A stretch of 64,000 bases of DNA from Amphiscolops sp. MND2022. Lineage: Eukaryota. Shown in pieces: positions 24,752-38,133 of this stretch. The stretch covers positions 32,676,001 through 32,740,000 of the forward strand of contig OZ076409.1 in NCBI GenBank assembly GCA_964187785.1, read 5' to 3'. The position numbers and the translations under genes are program-made. The notes under the pieces are model-generated. The model had not been told where the DNA came from and searched no databases. It saw nothing but the letters and a program-made list of their open reading frames with translations. Position 1 is the stretch's first letter; the number at the start of each line of letters is the position of its first letter.

Positions 24752-26980
24752 TCAATCAGCATTGATATCAATAGAAGAATTTGATGCGATCGAAACGTAG
24801 ACCCTGTCGTGGAGTATTATTTCTAGGCTTGACCCGAAAAAGTGATCTCGGAGCGTGGTGTACTAAGTTGGTAAGAGGTTATTCGATCGTTCGGGGTCGT
24901 AAATGGGTATGTGGATTTGGGAGATTTCGTATTGATGAAGCTGGTGTTGGAGGTGAGTGAGGCATGTGTGCAGAGTTTCGTGCAGGAGTGGGTGTTTATT
25001 GGAGGCTCTGGTGCACAAGAGGAAGATTTGATTGTTCCAGGGTGCGGTATGGGAGTGTTTCAAGCAAATGGCAGTGCCAACCGAAGGTTTTAAGTGGAAT
25101 ATAGCTTCCTGTCCATATTCGCGAACGATGTATCGAATAGTCGCCGATTGGGATTGTAGGTCGGCGGGACAACACAACACCAAATGTGCCGGAGGCTTGT
25201 AGAATGTCCGTATCAGAGTAAGTAATTCACGGCACATGGTTTGGGCGAATTTTCGGTTGCGATATGAATCATTTCCCAGTGTCCTCTTCATAATTATCTA
25301 GGGGTTTCGATGTCAAGTGTCCAAAAATCGCTCTGCGATCCTCCCATATTGTGCGATGCAGAGGACAGTTGCCTATGTGTATGCACGACCAGCTGTGCAT
25401 GATGGAGAGTGCTTCTAGGATGGACATGGGCGTATCAAGTGTGTATGTTAATTGGTCTAGAATACAAATTTTCGTTTGTCGGCAGAATATGATGGCTATC
25501 AGTTGCAGCCAATGTTGGCTCAAGAATTTTCCGCGATATATGTCGGCTAGATGAAAACACAGGGTGTCGCTTGTCTCCACGAGAGTGCGTAAGTTCTCTA
25601 GGCATAATAACAACGTAGTCGGTAAGACTATTGAGGAATCATCGAGGGAGGTGATCAGGAGCCACCATCCCGCGGATGGTTGATATACGTCACCCGGAGG
25701 TGAAGCGATGTGGTATTTGTTCCATACCTGGTTTGCGGTGATGCAGCGAATCATCAGGGGGTTGCTGCATGTGTTATCTAGATCACCGAACCAGAATGAG
25801 GGTGGTATAGGGGGAATGGTTGCTGCCAATGTGAATTCAAGTCCACCTTTTTCATGGCTTGTACATTCCTTGAAGCGATATGTTGGAAAATTAGAAAGAG
25901 AGAACTTGTGCATTTCTTTCAGCGTGGTTTCTAGAGGTGGTATAAGTCCAGATTCAGTGCTGGCATAAGTTTTCTCGATGGTCAAACTTATATGTCGGAT
26001 GGTTGGTGGGGCTTTGGGTTTCTGTTGTTCCGCTCGTACAGTCAAGATTTCGTATTGAGGGTGGTTTTGCGCTCGTGCTAGCGTGAGTTCGCGAGCCGGA
26101 ATCGCCGCTCCCCGGGCAAATCGTAGATTCGGGGGTTCCGTAGTAACTAGCTGGACGCAACTACAATCACGGGAACCACAGGTTCCGCATCTATATCTGG
26201 GCGCTCTGTTAGCTCGGAGTTGATAGCGCGGCGCTCGCCTGGAAGCATCATCGAGTGTGTTTGGTTGGGTAGGGTCTGGGCTCTCGGGAATTTTGGGGAG
26301 AGTTATGGCTCTGTCATGTATTCTGGGCGGGGCCCTAGTAGAAAATCTAATTCTTGGGCCTCTTCTAAGTTGTGTGGTTGGTCTAGAGGACGTAGTGGTT
26401 CCGCTTGAAGATGTGGGTAGCTGGTTTCGGCGACCATGAGGTCTACCCCTTGGTCGACCTCTCCTGTTGGAGGTTCTAGGTGGTGGACTTTGATTCGCAA
26501 TCTGGTTGTCAAGGTCGACAATGGGTTCTTGTGGGTCAGCTGTTGGAGCTGAGGGAGCTGACTGAATGGGGTCTCTTGTTTGTGGGTTGAATAGAGGGAA
26601 GTTGCTCAAGGTGTCTGTGAGCGAAGGGTTAGACAGCAGTGGAGCTGAGGTCCCAGAGGGCGATGGTATCAAGCTCTCGATGAATGATGGTGGTTGTATT
26701 TCCTCCTGATCAGAGAATAACGTTTCCAGGTCATCGAGTTCGGGAAAGACTACCTGGGAGGGAGAGTTCATGGGTGGCAGTTCAGCTGCCTCCGCTTCTG
26801 ATTCTGATTCGGATGGTTACCGAATTGGCTGAATCTCATGCGTGGGATTCCTTGCTCTAGGGCAGTTTGAGTACGCGTTTGGATGATACGTGGGGGAACC
26901 GGCCTGGTGTTTCTGGGAGTTTCTGAATGCTTCTGGGAGTTGTTCTGGTAGGAAGGAGTCTCTGGAGATATCCGAGGCAA
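24752..26980 (-). pseudogene. Post-integrase pol extension: Pro/Arg-rich linker, CxxC motif, two degenerate TARG1/Poa1-like macrodomains
   Basis: ORFs 26768..26980, 25269..26771 and 24863..25291; the last continues past TAG as YTTLRDHFFGSSLEIILHD to a stop at 24752. Confidence 0.5.
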
Positions 26981-29900
26981 TTTCTTCGTTGCTTTCTTTC
27001 ACGTATGGATCAGCTATGATGGCTATATTTTGATCTGGTCCGAAAAGTTGGTGAGTAGTCCAGTCCCAGGGGGCTGGTACGTGTTTCTTTAGTCTCTCAT
27101 AGTGAACATTTTGACCCGTGTCTAGTACGTGGAGGCGTCCGTCTTGTAGTACGTCCGTGATTTGCTGGGGTCCGCGCCATGAGCGTATGAGCTTGCGAGT
27201 GCCACCTTTGGGTATTTTGTGACAGAACACCCAGACAGCGTCGCCGACGGCGTGCGCTTTTGCTTTTAGGTGGCGATCGAATTGTAGCTTTTGTCGAAGC
27301 TGAGCTTGATGGGTGTTTCGTCGGACTAATTCATGGATTTCTTGTTGTCTGGCCAATAAGTGTTCTACAAATTCTTCTCTGGAGTCAAAGCCTCGTGCTG
27401 CGAATTCTGGGTATATGAACGACAATGGGATGGATTTTTCTGCGCCATGTTGGAGCATGTATGGGGAAAATCCCGGGTGGCGTGTCGAGTAGAGTTGTAT
27501 GCGCCAAGAACTCCGTCGATATGGTCGTCCCAGTCCTGCATTCTGCGCGACGTGTAGACTCGAAGTAATGTGAGCAGGGTTCTGTTCTGTCGCTCTACGA
27601 GTCCATTACCTCTGGGGTGTGCCGGAGTTGAAGTAACTTTTGTAACTTGGGAAGCCTTCATGAGTTCTTGGGCTATTTCAGCTGTGAAGTTCATCGCGTT
27701 GTCGGATTGCATTCTTGCAGGAGTGCCATGTCTGGCAAACCATTTGTTCAGGATGATTTTTGCCGTAGTTTGCACGTCATATTCGTCGTGGGCGCATGGG
27801 ACAGCTTCTGCGAATTTGGTAAAATGATCTATTATTACTAAAAAGCCGGTGTTGCCTGAATCAGTTTTGCAAAATTTCAAGTGATCAAATTGAACCAGAT
27901 CATTGAAGTTGCTACTCTGCAGGGGGTAGCAAGGATTTCCTGATGGGTGTTTTGCTTGCTGGCAGGTCAAACATTGTTTGATGTGATTCACTACGTCTCT
28001 TTTGATGCCCGGCCAAGTATGTCGTTCTTGTATCCTTGATAGCACTTTTCCTACGCCTTGATGTCCCGACTCATCGTGCGCTCGGTACAGGATTTCGTGT
28101 TGGAAGAGTTGTGGCATGACGATCATACACGGGCGTACGTGCAAAGCACGTTGTTGAGGGACGTAGTTGACGCAAAGTATGTCGTTGGGATTTAGGAAGA
28201 GTAGATCTTTCTTTTGGTTGTAATACCTTTTGGCGAAGTCTAGCACTTCATCAGGGAACATTGGGTCCTCCAAGGGTTCGTTCTTCATGAGCTTTTTCAG
28301 TGCCAAGAGGTGCACGATTCCGTTTTGGGCCATGAGTAGGTCTCGTAGACCGTATTTGGTTAGGTGGTGTTCGTGTAATTCCGTTTCAATGGTCCTTAGA
28401 ACATCAGCTTGTTTCTGACATTCGGCGGGCAGTGCCCCTAGAGTCGGGTCCGGCTCGGTTGTGTCTATTTGCGCCGGGGGCACTCTTATGGTGATGCTCA
28501 TAATTCGGTTCGGTCGTTCGTCTTCCTCAAGAGTCGGTGTGGTTTCCCACTGAATCTCAGGATACCAAGGAGTGTTTCCTGTTGATTCTTCAGGACTTTT
28601 GTTCTTTTGCTTCTTCTGAAGAATGTACAGTAGAAGTAGTCGGGCTCGGGCTTCCGGAGGAAGTTCTGGATGATTTGGAATTAGGTGACCGCGCTTGTCG
28701 ATGTATGGGATTGTGGGGAGTTCGTCATAGTCTTTCTGTGACATGAAATTGAATCCTTCGCTTACCTCTGGTAGCTTTTCAAGGATTTGTTCACGATTGA
28801 TATAGTCGTTGGTGCGCTTGCTAAGTCCGTCGACATTTCGGTGTTGCGTACGCGGTCTGTGGATGGTTTTGAAATGATATTGGTCTAGGCGTGCGATCCA
28901 ACGTCCTATCATGGCTTGGTCCATGGAGTAGGTTTTAAGCCATGATAGGGCTTGATTGTCCACGCGAAGCGTGAATTCTCTACCTGCTAGGTATGAGTGG
29001 AATTTCTCCACGAAGTAAAAACTGCATACATTTCCAACTTGGGGGCACCAGAGGTTGATTGGGTCTTGGTCAGTGATTTGCTACCGTAGACGATCGGTCT
29101 CAGGATGGTTTTGCCGTTGTATTCTTGTTCTTGATGCAGAATACCAGCGATTTCTACTGAACTGGCATCTGTGTCTAGCACAAACCGTCCTTGTTCATTC
29201 GGTGCAGCTAGGGTGGTAGCGTCGGATAAGGCTTGTTTCACCGAGTCGAAGGCTTCTTGGTGTCTTTCCTCCCAACAGAAGTGTTGATTTTTCTTCAATA
29301 ATTCTTGCATGGGTTGTACTTTGGCAGCATGGAATGGGACAAAATCGCGGTAGTAGTTAGCAAATCCTAGGAAGCTTTGAAGTTCTTCCGTGTTCCTGAG
29401 AGGTAACCACTCTTGGATTTTGGTCACTGCTTTTGGGTCGGGCCGGATTCCCTCGGCGGACACTATTCGTCCCAGATATTTGGTTTCCGTGCGCATGAAG
29501 TCGCACTTTTCCGCTCGCATTTTGAAGCCTGCCTCTCTGAGACATTCGAATACTTCTTTAATTCTCATGATGTGGTCTTCGATTGTTTCGGTTGCAATTA
29601 CTATGTCGTCGATGTAGGCCATGACGACACTCCCATGTCTTTGTTGGATTTTTTGTAGGGCTCTTGTGATGGATCGTTGGAAGGTGGCGGATGCATTGCA
29701 TAGCCCGAAGGGCATACGTCGCCATTCGAACAAACCTAGTTCGCAGGCAAATGCTGTTTTCCTTCTGTCGCGTTTCTTCAGAGGTATTTGCCAAAAGGCC
29801 CACGCTAGATCGATGCTCGTAAAGATTTTTGCGTTGCCAATCCTGGATAGACTCTCGTCTATTCTGGGCAGGGGGAAGGCGTCTTCCACTGTCACGTCAT

Positions 29901-31545
29901 TCAGCGGTCGGAAGTCGCAACAGAAGCGAAGTTCGCCTGTCTTTTTCTTTACAATTACTATTCCACTAGCCCAAGGCGAGTAAAAGGGTTGAATTAAGCC
30001 TAAGGCTAGGAGATTCCTTACTTCTTGATTGGCTTTGGCAGCCTTGTCGGGGGACATTCGTCTTGCGCCCTTCCTGTGGGGGATAGCTTCCCGTTCCAAC
30101 TCAATACGATGTTTTGCTAGCGTACATTTTCCTATGTCGGCCTTATGTTTTATAAAAAGGTCGTCGTACTCATTTAAAACTTCTGCTAACTGATCTCTTG
30201 CACCCTTCCCCCAGAAAGAAAGGACAGAGGACAGGTCAGGGCCTGGTATTGGTTTTAACAATTGGGGATCGGTTTGTGCGCGTTTCTCATTTTCCAACAT
30301 TTCCTCTTCCGACAACTCAGTGGATGACAAAAAATTTTGGGCGAAGGAACTAAATTCACTGCTTGTATCACTAAAATTAACAATACGAATATTATTAACA
30401 TGTTCTACAAGAGGCATGGAAGTTCCATCTGTTTGGTCAACTGTGACCGGTTCGAACATAAAGACGGTAGGCTCTGCCTGGCCGAGGACAATTTTACTTG
30501 GAATCTGTAAGTTTTCGTTTGCTGTTTTGTTTCTTATGGCGAGGTACACTGTGCCGTCGTCTCCCACTGAAGTCAAAGTGTCTTCTGAAACAAACGAACT
30601 TCGGTTGTACAGCCCGCTGGGGCGTATCATTACATTGCGGAAACGGTATTCATTGGGGTCCTGGGTAATGACTTGTGCTCTAACTAATTTACGTTCAAAA
30701 GGTCCTAGTATAACCAATTCGGTAGAGACTACTAAAGAAGTTTCATAGTCACTAACCTCATGGACTGGTTTAAAATGGCGTGGAGATTTTAGATCTCGGA
30801 TGGTGACCCTCATTGCGGTCAGGTCCACGAGGACATTATAAGTGCGTAAAAAGTTGCGTCCTAGCAGGAACTCTTCAGCTCCTAAGTGGTCTGCGATGAC
30901 TATGAAGTTGGTCTTCAGCGTGTTGCCACCCAATTGAAAGTTCACATTCTCAGCAATACCGACAGTGGTTATGGTTTTGCCGTTGGCTGCGTACAGCTGG
31001 ATGTCATACGGCAGGAGACTCAATGAATGGGCGGATGCTATCTTTTGATACGCGGCAAGTGAGAGGATAGAGACACCTGAACCAGTGTCAATCATACCGT
31101 ATAAGGGAATGGGTTCTTGGAGGTTATTGCCAAAGGCAACCACCAAAGATGCTCTTTCGTCGATGCGAGCTTCCCCCTGGGTGTCTTGTATACCAATGAT
31201 GTAACACCGTAACTCCTGGCGGCCCAGGTATAATCCCTGTAGGAAATAACCTTCTAGGACTACAATGGCGTCGAATTTCATATCTACGCCATCTACGTTA
31301 ATTGCCACTGGGACGAAAAAAATAGTTTTCACTTTTTGAATAGGCGCTATCTTGGTCTCGTCGTCGCGGGTGAAGTGCGGTAACGGTCGAGCGGCGATCG
31401 TGTATTTAGTGTTTCTACACAGTTCCTCTTTCAAATGCGCTAATGTTAATTCGGTACGTAATTTTTGTTCGGCAGAGAGGAGTAAGTGTATGGAGATGAC
31501 GGTCTCGGTGCAGTTAGGGGCGGGTGCTTCTAATGTGGTAAGCAC
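26817..31545 (-). pseudogene. pol: Gypsy pol: protease, RT, RNase H, integrase (frameshifts near 29000 and 27460)
   Basis: MIDTGSG; MPFGLCNA and YIDD; LDTDAS; HDESGH...CLTC, FDHL, IIDHFTK, QSDNA, GLVERQN; WRGP. Confidence 0.95.
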
Positions 31546-31551
31546 TTGTTT

Positions 31552-34363
31552 CTAGCCGCAAGTAACGATAACGGGGCGAGACGGGCCTCCGGCCTCTGCA
31601 ACTGAGATTACTCTGACTTGATCATCTTGCGGGTCGCCATCTAACTGGTTGGTATACGGAGCATACCATGCTGCCTTGACTTGTTCTTCTTGTCTGGGAT
31701 GTTCTGGGGCCATACATTCTGATGCGGAATGTTCAGTGCATCCGCAATTGATGCAGAACTCAACGGTTCCTTGGATTGGCAGAGATGCTGGGTGCACTTC
31801 GTTATTCACCCCGTGTGGTTGCGCTGGGCAAGTCCATCCACCGGATGGGTTCGTGTGACATGAATTCACCTGTTGCTGCACTGGTTTTCGTGCGCAATCT
31901 TTCAGTGGACAGTCGATCACACAGTGTGATGGGTCACCGCAGTTCAAGCATGCTCGTTGAGGTTGTTGCCTATAGGGTGCCTGTTGTTGAGGTGGCACTT
32001 GCTGAGGTTGTTGCATTGGCGGTGGAATTGCCGGGGGCAATTTTGGTTGTTGGTTTGGTGGTGGAGGCTGTGGTTGTTGAGGCTGAGCCATTTGATAATT
32101 TTCTGGACGATTGGAACCGCGCATGCGCAAGTATTGCTGGACTGTGAAGCGAAGCGCTTCTACCGTCGGTGGTGTTTCGACGTATTGTTCCTGTGCGTAC
32201 ACGAGGGCTAGGTTCCATTTCAGTTCGAAATTGCTAACACCTTTGATCAATTTTTGCTTCCTCGTTGGGGTAGCGTTGGCTACGCAGACCTTCGAGGGCA
32301 TCGAGGTATTGCATATAGTCCTCCTCGTTGTACTGGTTGCGGGTCCTGAACTGTTGTTGTATGTGGATCTTACTTGACCCAGTTCCAAAACGCCGCGCTA
32401 GCAATGCAAAGAGTTTTTCGTCGGTGTCTCTTTCCGCATCGGATTTGTTGGTGATGTAGTCTCTGGCTTCGTTTTCTAGATATTCAATGATTGTCCAGGC
32501 TTTGTCGAGGGAAGTGGTTTTGGCAGGTGCCTTTTCCAAATGACGCTTCATCAACATCATGCAGCCGTCGGTGTTGCCGTCCTTGGTTCCTCGATATTTC
32601 GTTGGTTTATTCTTCGACACTTTCGCCGCTAGCAGCGGTTCCAGACCCTGGGACATTGCGGTCGAAATGGCTTCTGCCAGTGCTTGCCGTTGGCTTGTTC
32701 TTGGGGTTCAGGGGTTACGCTTGGCGTTGCAGGAAGCTGTTCCATCTCCTCTTGGTCTTGTTCCAGGTTTCGCTTAGTGGTGATTTTTCGCTGTGTATTG
32801 GTGGCCACTGACCGTGGGACCAAGTCTAGGTACGTCTGCTTGGGAGGGTCATTACTTGTGTTGGTTCTGGCGGTGTAGTAGTTTGACTCTCTTGTCGTCA
32901 TTCCGCTTGCAGGAGAATAGTAATCTCCCGTTGTAGATGCACCACGAGCAAAAGGGTCGAATGATACGCTAGTTAGTGGGTCCGTACCCACGTCGCAAGA
33001 TCGGATCACTCTTGCCATCTTGCTTGTTCGTGGTTGATCTCTTTTGTAGGTTGCGGGCGGCACCAACTTCAGAGGTTTGGGTTGTTCGATGTTGGACTGT
33101 GCTACCTTTTGGTAGGTAGCATGCGTTGGGTGTGGGGCCGCGCTAGTGAAAGGTAAGTCGCTGGATGGGGAGGTTACCGGCGCCGCTGGTGTCGTTTTGG
33201 TTTGGGCTGTTGCGGTTTGGGCCGCCATTGCTTTCACTCCTAGTGTTAGGTCTTTCATCGTGGTCATCAAGTCTATCATTCGACTGTTTGCGTCATTTTC
33301 TTTGCGCTGCATGAGGTCTGACATCATTCTCATTCGCTCGTCAGCTTGACGATCTCGCTCTTTCATCACGGCTGACATTTCGGACATGCGGGTGTCTGCC
33401 ATGTTTTCTCTTTGTTTATCAAGTCATTCAGAGAGGCCATGGATGCTTCCAACCTTCCTTGATTCTGGCGTCCTTCGGCCTGTATCTCCAACAGGCCCTT
33501 TCTCATGTCATCCATATCCCTCATGATGACGTCAGCTCTCATCACATGTTCGGTGTTTTCTCGGGACAGTCGTGAATGCACTTGTGAGAGTTGAGCCAGG
33601 CTGTTTCGGAAATCTTCTCTCACGGCTTGCGACTCTCTTGTAATTTTCGTAGCAGTTGAGTCCGGGGCCGTTTCAGCGCTAGTTCTCGAGTTAGGCGTGT
33701 AGTTTGATTTGTCAGTTCTTTCTGGAGCAGATCTTAGCTTATTGATGGGGGTGTTCTGAAGACGTATCGCAACGGGTTGTCTTCCATTTGCGTCGATGGA
33801 TTGTCGTTTGGTTCAATAGGCATCGCTGATGGCCCTCCCTCTCGTGCGTAGCTGCTCAAAAAGGGATTTCTAGTTCCGCTGGTACCTAATGCGAGGGAAC
33901 CCTGCGGGTTCTTGTTAATGGAAGGGGTGCGGGGGGCCGCCACAGGAGTTGCGTGGTTGCTACTTTGTGATGCCGTATCTCCGGCTACACTTGTTTCGCA
34001 TGGTGGTTTTTTATTTGAGTTTGGCCATTCCTCTAGACTGTAGTCAGTGACTTCTAGGGGTGGCCACGCATTATTTCGTGTGGTATTTCCGGTACCATCC
34101 ACTGGATTGGTACTATCGGGGGAAGCTTGCGACGAACCGAGCTGTTCGGCTGCGGCTGTCATCTCTATGTTTTGTTCCGCGTTGGAAATAAAGTCAAACA
34201 TGAGTTCTGAAAATACATTTCTAATGGTTGGTTCTTGGAGATTGTCGGTTAGAGTCTCCCATCGAGTTGTGTTTTTTATCATGCTGCCAAATGGATTTGT
34301 AGCATGGAAGTTCCTGGGTACGTCCCAGTTCATTTTGGCCAATTTTGGACTTATGGAGCTCAA
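31552..34363 (-). pseudogene. gag: Gypsy gag-like ORF (long N-terminus, coiled coil, two CCHC knuckles)
   Basis: Chained ORFs with KYRGTKDG...YLENEARDY, CLNCGDPSHCVIDC and CINCGCTEHSASEC; last piece is in frame with pol across one TAG. Confidence 0.85.
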
Positions 34364-37014
34364 TTATAAACTAAAAGGAGGTTTTTTAACTGACGGAGTT
34401 ACTTGTCTCACCCTTCCCTCCAGAAAGAAAGGATAGCGAATGATGAGAGGTATGAATTGCGGCAAGTGGAACTTCGACACTAGAAACGACTAGAATTAAA
34501 TGGGACCATTTCACTTTGATTGGGACCGAGGTCAACAAAAGGTTTTTTACTAGCTTCGGTAATTGGGCTACTGGTATTCTACGTTCTGAGGTTAACTAAA
34601 ATTTTGATCTCGGTCTCCGCTAAGTGGAAAAGGATTAGATTTATACCAAAACAAAAAGTTTTTTTTTGGCTTTATTTACTGCTTACGAGCTGTTTGCTAA
34701 TCTACTTCGGGATAGGCTGTGGAAGGGCCTATTGAGTTGCGGAGCGGTTGATGGAATTGAATAGTGGTGGTCCAAAGAGTTTCAGCGCTATGCGCTCCTT
34801 TGACTAGTTAAACTTGTTTCTCACTAAGTTTTCTCAATTTCTGGATTCAGGTACGGTGGGAAGGATGGGATACGGGGGTGAGCATGGAAGAAGGACCCAG
34901 TCGGAGGCGCAGAGGGTACTCCGTTTATTGAGGAGTTGTTTTCAAGTCCTTATGGGTGTTGTTTGGGACAGAAAGTGTGCCGTTTTCCGTTCAATTTTCG
35001 TAAAGTCGGTGAATTTGTCGTCGATTGGCACGTCTGGAAAAAATGGGAAATTATTTCCAGGGCCCGTAGCGACTTGAAAATTTCACACCAACTAGTACAC
35101 TAGCTGAATCGTGGGAAATTTAACGCTGATTGTACAGAAATTGACTCTATGGACGTTACGGTCACTTAGCAATGTTCATTGAAAAATTGATTATGTCGTG
35201 AAATTCGCAAAAAGTGGTCAAATTCGCCTCCTAGGCGTCCTAGCTACTTGAAATTTTGCGTGTGAGCGTAGATTATCCCCACACAACAAAAAATTACGCC
35301 GGCGGGGTGCCTGGATAGATACTTGGGGATTCGATGTGACAAAACCTTGATGTACCTGAGGTACCACTTTTTTGGGTCAAAATTCACAAAAATGTCAATT
35401 TCTCAGCTTTGACTACCCACTGGCTGCTCAAATTGCACAAGTCGTCGGGATTTAGTGCCGTACGTTTGAGGATGCAGGAACTTTAGTGCTGGGATACCTG
35501 CAAGGTATTGCGCTATGCTCAACTAAAATTCGATTTTCTCTACAATTTCGTACGCTTTTTGCGCAAAACTGCGGCTAAGATTTCTCGAGGCCTAGCAGTG
35601 CTAACGCAATGAAAATTACACCACTAACGTATTTTTTTGCGGTCTACACGTTGGTCTAATTCGTTTTGAGTTGCTCTTGCCAGGAGAGATATCGACCTGC
35701 TCTGAGAACACTACACCAATATTTCGAAATTGTCACTAAAATATCACGTTTTTGGCAATTTCTCGGCAACCACTGGTTGGAATCACTCGCGGTTTTCTGC
35801 GTTTGCAACGTGAGGGTATATACTAACAGAAAATAAGCAAGCAAATCCTGGTAGGTTCCAAATAGGATTTCTCAAAAAATTTTTAAGTTGCACTTTTTAC
35901 ACTCTCGGAACAACACTGAAATAACGTGTTTTCGCCAAGAAATTTTTATCTATCGGCTCTGGGACGTTCAAGATTGTTCCAATAGTATTGTAAGAAAGCG
36001 TGACAACTTATTTTAAGGGGATGGGGTTCGTTCAATTATTATTTTTGATGTTATATCTCTCAGGTCTACGGGGTCCTCTATTCAGGTCTATGTATATCAA
36101 AAGAAGCAAGTAGTTAAAGTTTCAATTTCTATTGGGGAACCTTAGAAAACAACTTGGCAGTAGTGTCTTGTACTACCAAGCTAGGGAAAAGATTTTTGGG
36201 CGTATTTGGAAGCTTGGAAGCTAACGTCCAAGGCTTTGCCCTAGTCAAATTGGGTCAAAATGGCCAAATTTTACGATTTTTTAACAAAAATCGCTAAACT
36301 TTTCGCTATTTTTGGATAAATGGCCCCGCAAAATTTTTTGTACCTGACCCAGTGAGTCTGTTGGAACGTTTTTTTAGTATTCCCACTGGCCTTACTCTGT
36401 TTGGCAGAATATTGGCTTTCAAAATTGGAAATTTTGGTATTTGAGCTTTAAATGGTGTTATTTTCGAGGTTTTCGAGCACAAATTTTTTAACAACTGATC
36501 CGAATACCCTCTGGGTATTTTCTCAGTTAGTTATAATGGAAATAGGCCTGGAAATACTCTTTTTGGGCCGTTAAATTAAAAAAAATGGACGATTTCACCC
36601 GTTTGACGTGGTATACAGCAATCACAGGGGCGTGGGAGGAGCAGTCGTGAAGGACGTCACCACGTCATCACAGCTGGTGGGAACCTTCGGCGTTCGTCCT
36701 CTCTGTCCCCATACACTGCAAATTAGCTAAAAATAAGCTAGAAAACCCTTTAAAACACGTTCCGGATAGGCCGGAACAGCTTTTTTATTAGGTTTTGGTA
36801 ATGTTAAAGGGGGTACACTGTTACAAACTCTTAATTTCTCTAGGTAGACCTCAGAAATATGCGGAAAACGCAGGAACAACACTAGTACAAAGCCCAGAGG
36901 GCTGAAAAAAGATTATAAAAATAATCTAGGACCCTCCCTTGAGCTTTTCCTAGATCCGGACCTAACAGGGCCGGAAGGCAGAAGTTGCTCCTACTTGTAC
37001 GCAAAATGAAAAAT

Positions 37015-37032
37015 ATCCCTCTGTGGTCGCCA
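37015..37032 (-). other. Primer-binding site, tRNA-Arg-like
   Basis: Minus strand TGGCGACCACAGAGGGAT is complementary to a tRNA 3' end ...AUCCCUCUGUGGUCGCCA; 16 nt from the 5' LTR. Confidence 0.7.
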
Positions 37033-37048
37033 TAAAAACTATTCCAGA

Positions 37049-37764
37049 TGTAACGACCGTCTAGCGACGCACATCTAGGAAGAGGGACAATGCCTAGGAT
37101 GCTTAAACAGGAGACCGTTGTCTTACTACATACCTAGACGCTAGTTTTGGGTCCCAAAACGGTCTCCTAGGGGGACTTTTCTGACGTCTAAGGAGGTTTC
37201 TCAAATTAGAGCTCCAAAGCGACGCACCGGCACTCTCAAAGTCCGGACACGCCCCACAAGCCTGTAAAAACGATTCCTAAGGTTTCTAGTACGTTCCTAC
37301 GAGTTCCTACATACTTCCGAGGTCAATACAGTGTTTAGCTGGAAAACATCGTATTTGGTGAATAAGATCTGAAAAGACCTAGAAGGTCATACATTATCCA
37401 AATACTCCAAGGAAAATGGCGAAATATTGAAGAAAAACGGGGATAGGTCCCAATTACGTTAGTTTTCAGTCCATCATCCATATTTTGCCTCTGGCAATGC
37501 TCTGCAGATGTTGTTGATTTCCCAAGGAGATGGCACAACATTCCGATAATCTTTCTGCTGATGTTTCTTCATCTTCTGGCAATCCTTCATCTTTTTTTGC
37601 AACTTTTTCACACGTGCTCTGTTTCTTGCTCGCTCTCCGCGTGGTCTCTCTTTTTGTTCATTCTTTTCGTACCTGCTAGGTTGGCCATTTTGATTCTTCT
37701 ATTTTGATATCGCACATTTCGAAGTTTTCATCGAAATTTTGTCATGCCAGTGGCTGACGTTACA
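37049..37764 (-). repeat. Gypsy 5' LTR
   Basis: Direct repeat of 18991-19703 with scattered substitutions. Confidence 0.95.
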
Positions 37765-38133
37765 CATTTTGGGGCGTTTTTCTGATGAATAATCGCATTC
37801 AAGTCAAAAAAGTCTACTGGACACCGAATTCTTTCCTGGTTGAATGTTTAAACATTCTAATCCACGAAGTCTTTCGCAAATGTGACCAAAATTGCATAAA
37901 AACGGTAAAAGTCGAAAGTATGTGTGATCCTTCAACTTGGATATAATATTGGAACATGGCAAATTTTAATTTAAAACCCGGCTCATTTAAATGTTTTCCT
38001 TTCTCCTATGAAATATGGGCGGAAAATAAAAAAGCTACTATCAGAGCTTGTAAAATGGCTTTGGTTCCACATACTGGGTGTTTGCATGCATGTCTGAAAA
38101 GTAGTTTCTACATCTGTAACATGCATGTTGCAG

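Larger units (their letters stand above)
18991..37764 (-). mobile_element. Full-length 18.8 kb Ty3/Gypsy LTR retrotransposon with extra coding regions (frameshifted)
   Basis: Two ~715 bp direct LTRs with TGTAACG...CGTTACA ends; CAT(T) on both flanks; gag-PR-RT-RH-IN order on the minus strand. Confidence 0.95.

Noticed and set aside
31546..31554. Programmed gag-pol readthrough at TAG
   Set aside because: Context TAG-AAA-CAA is not a recognisable readthrough signal and the element has many other lesions; a point mutation is simpler.
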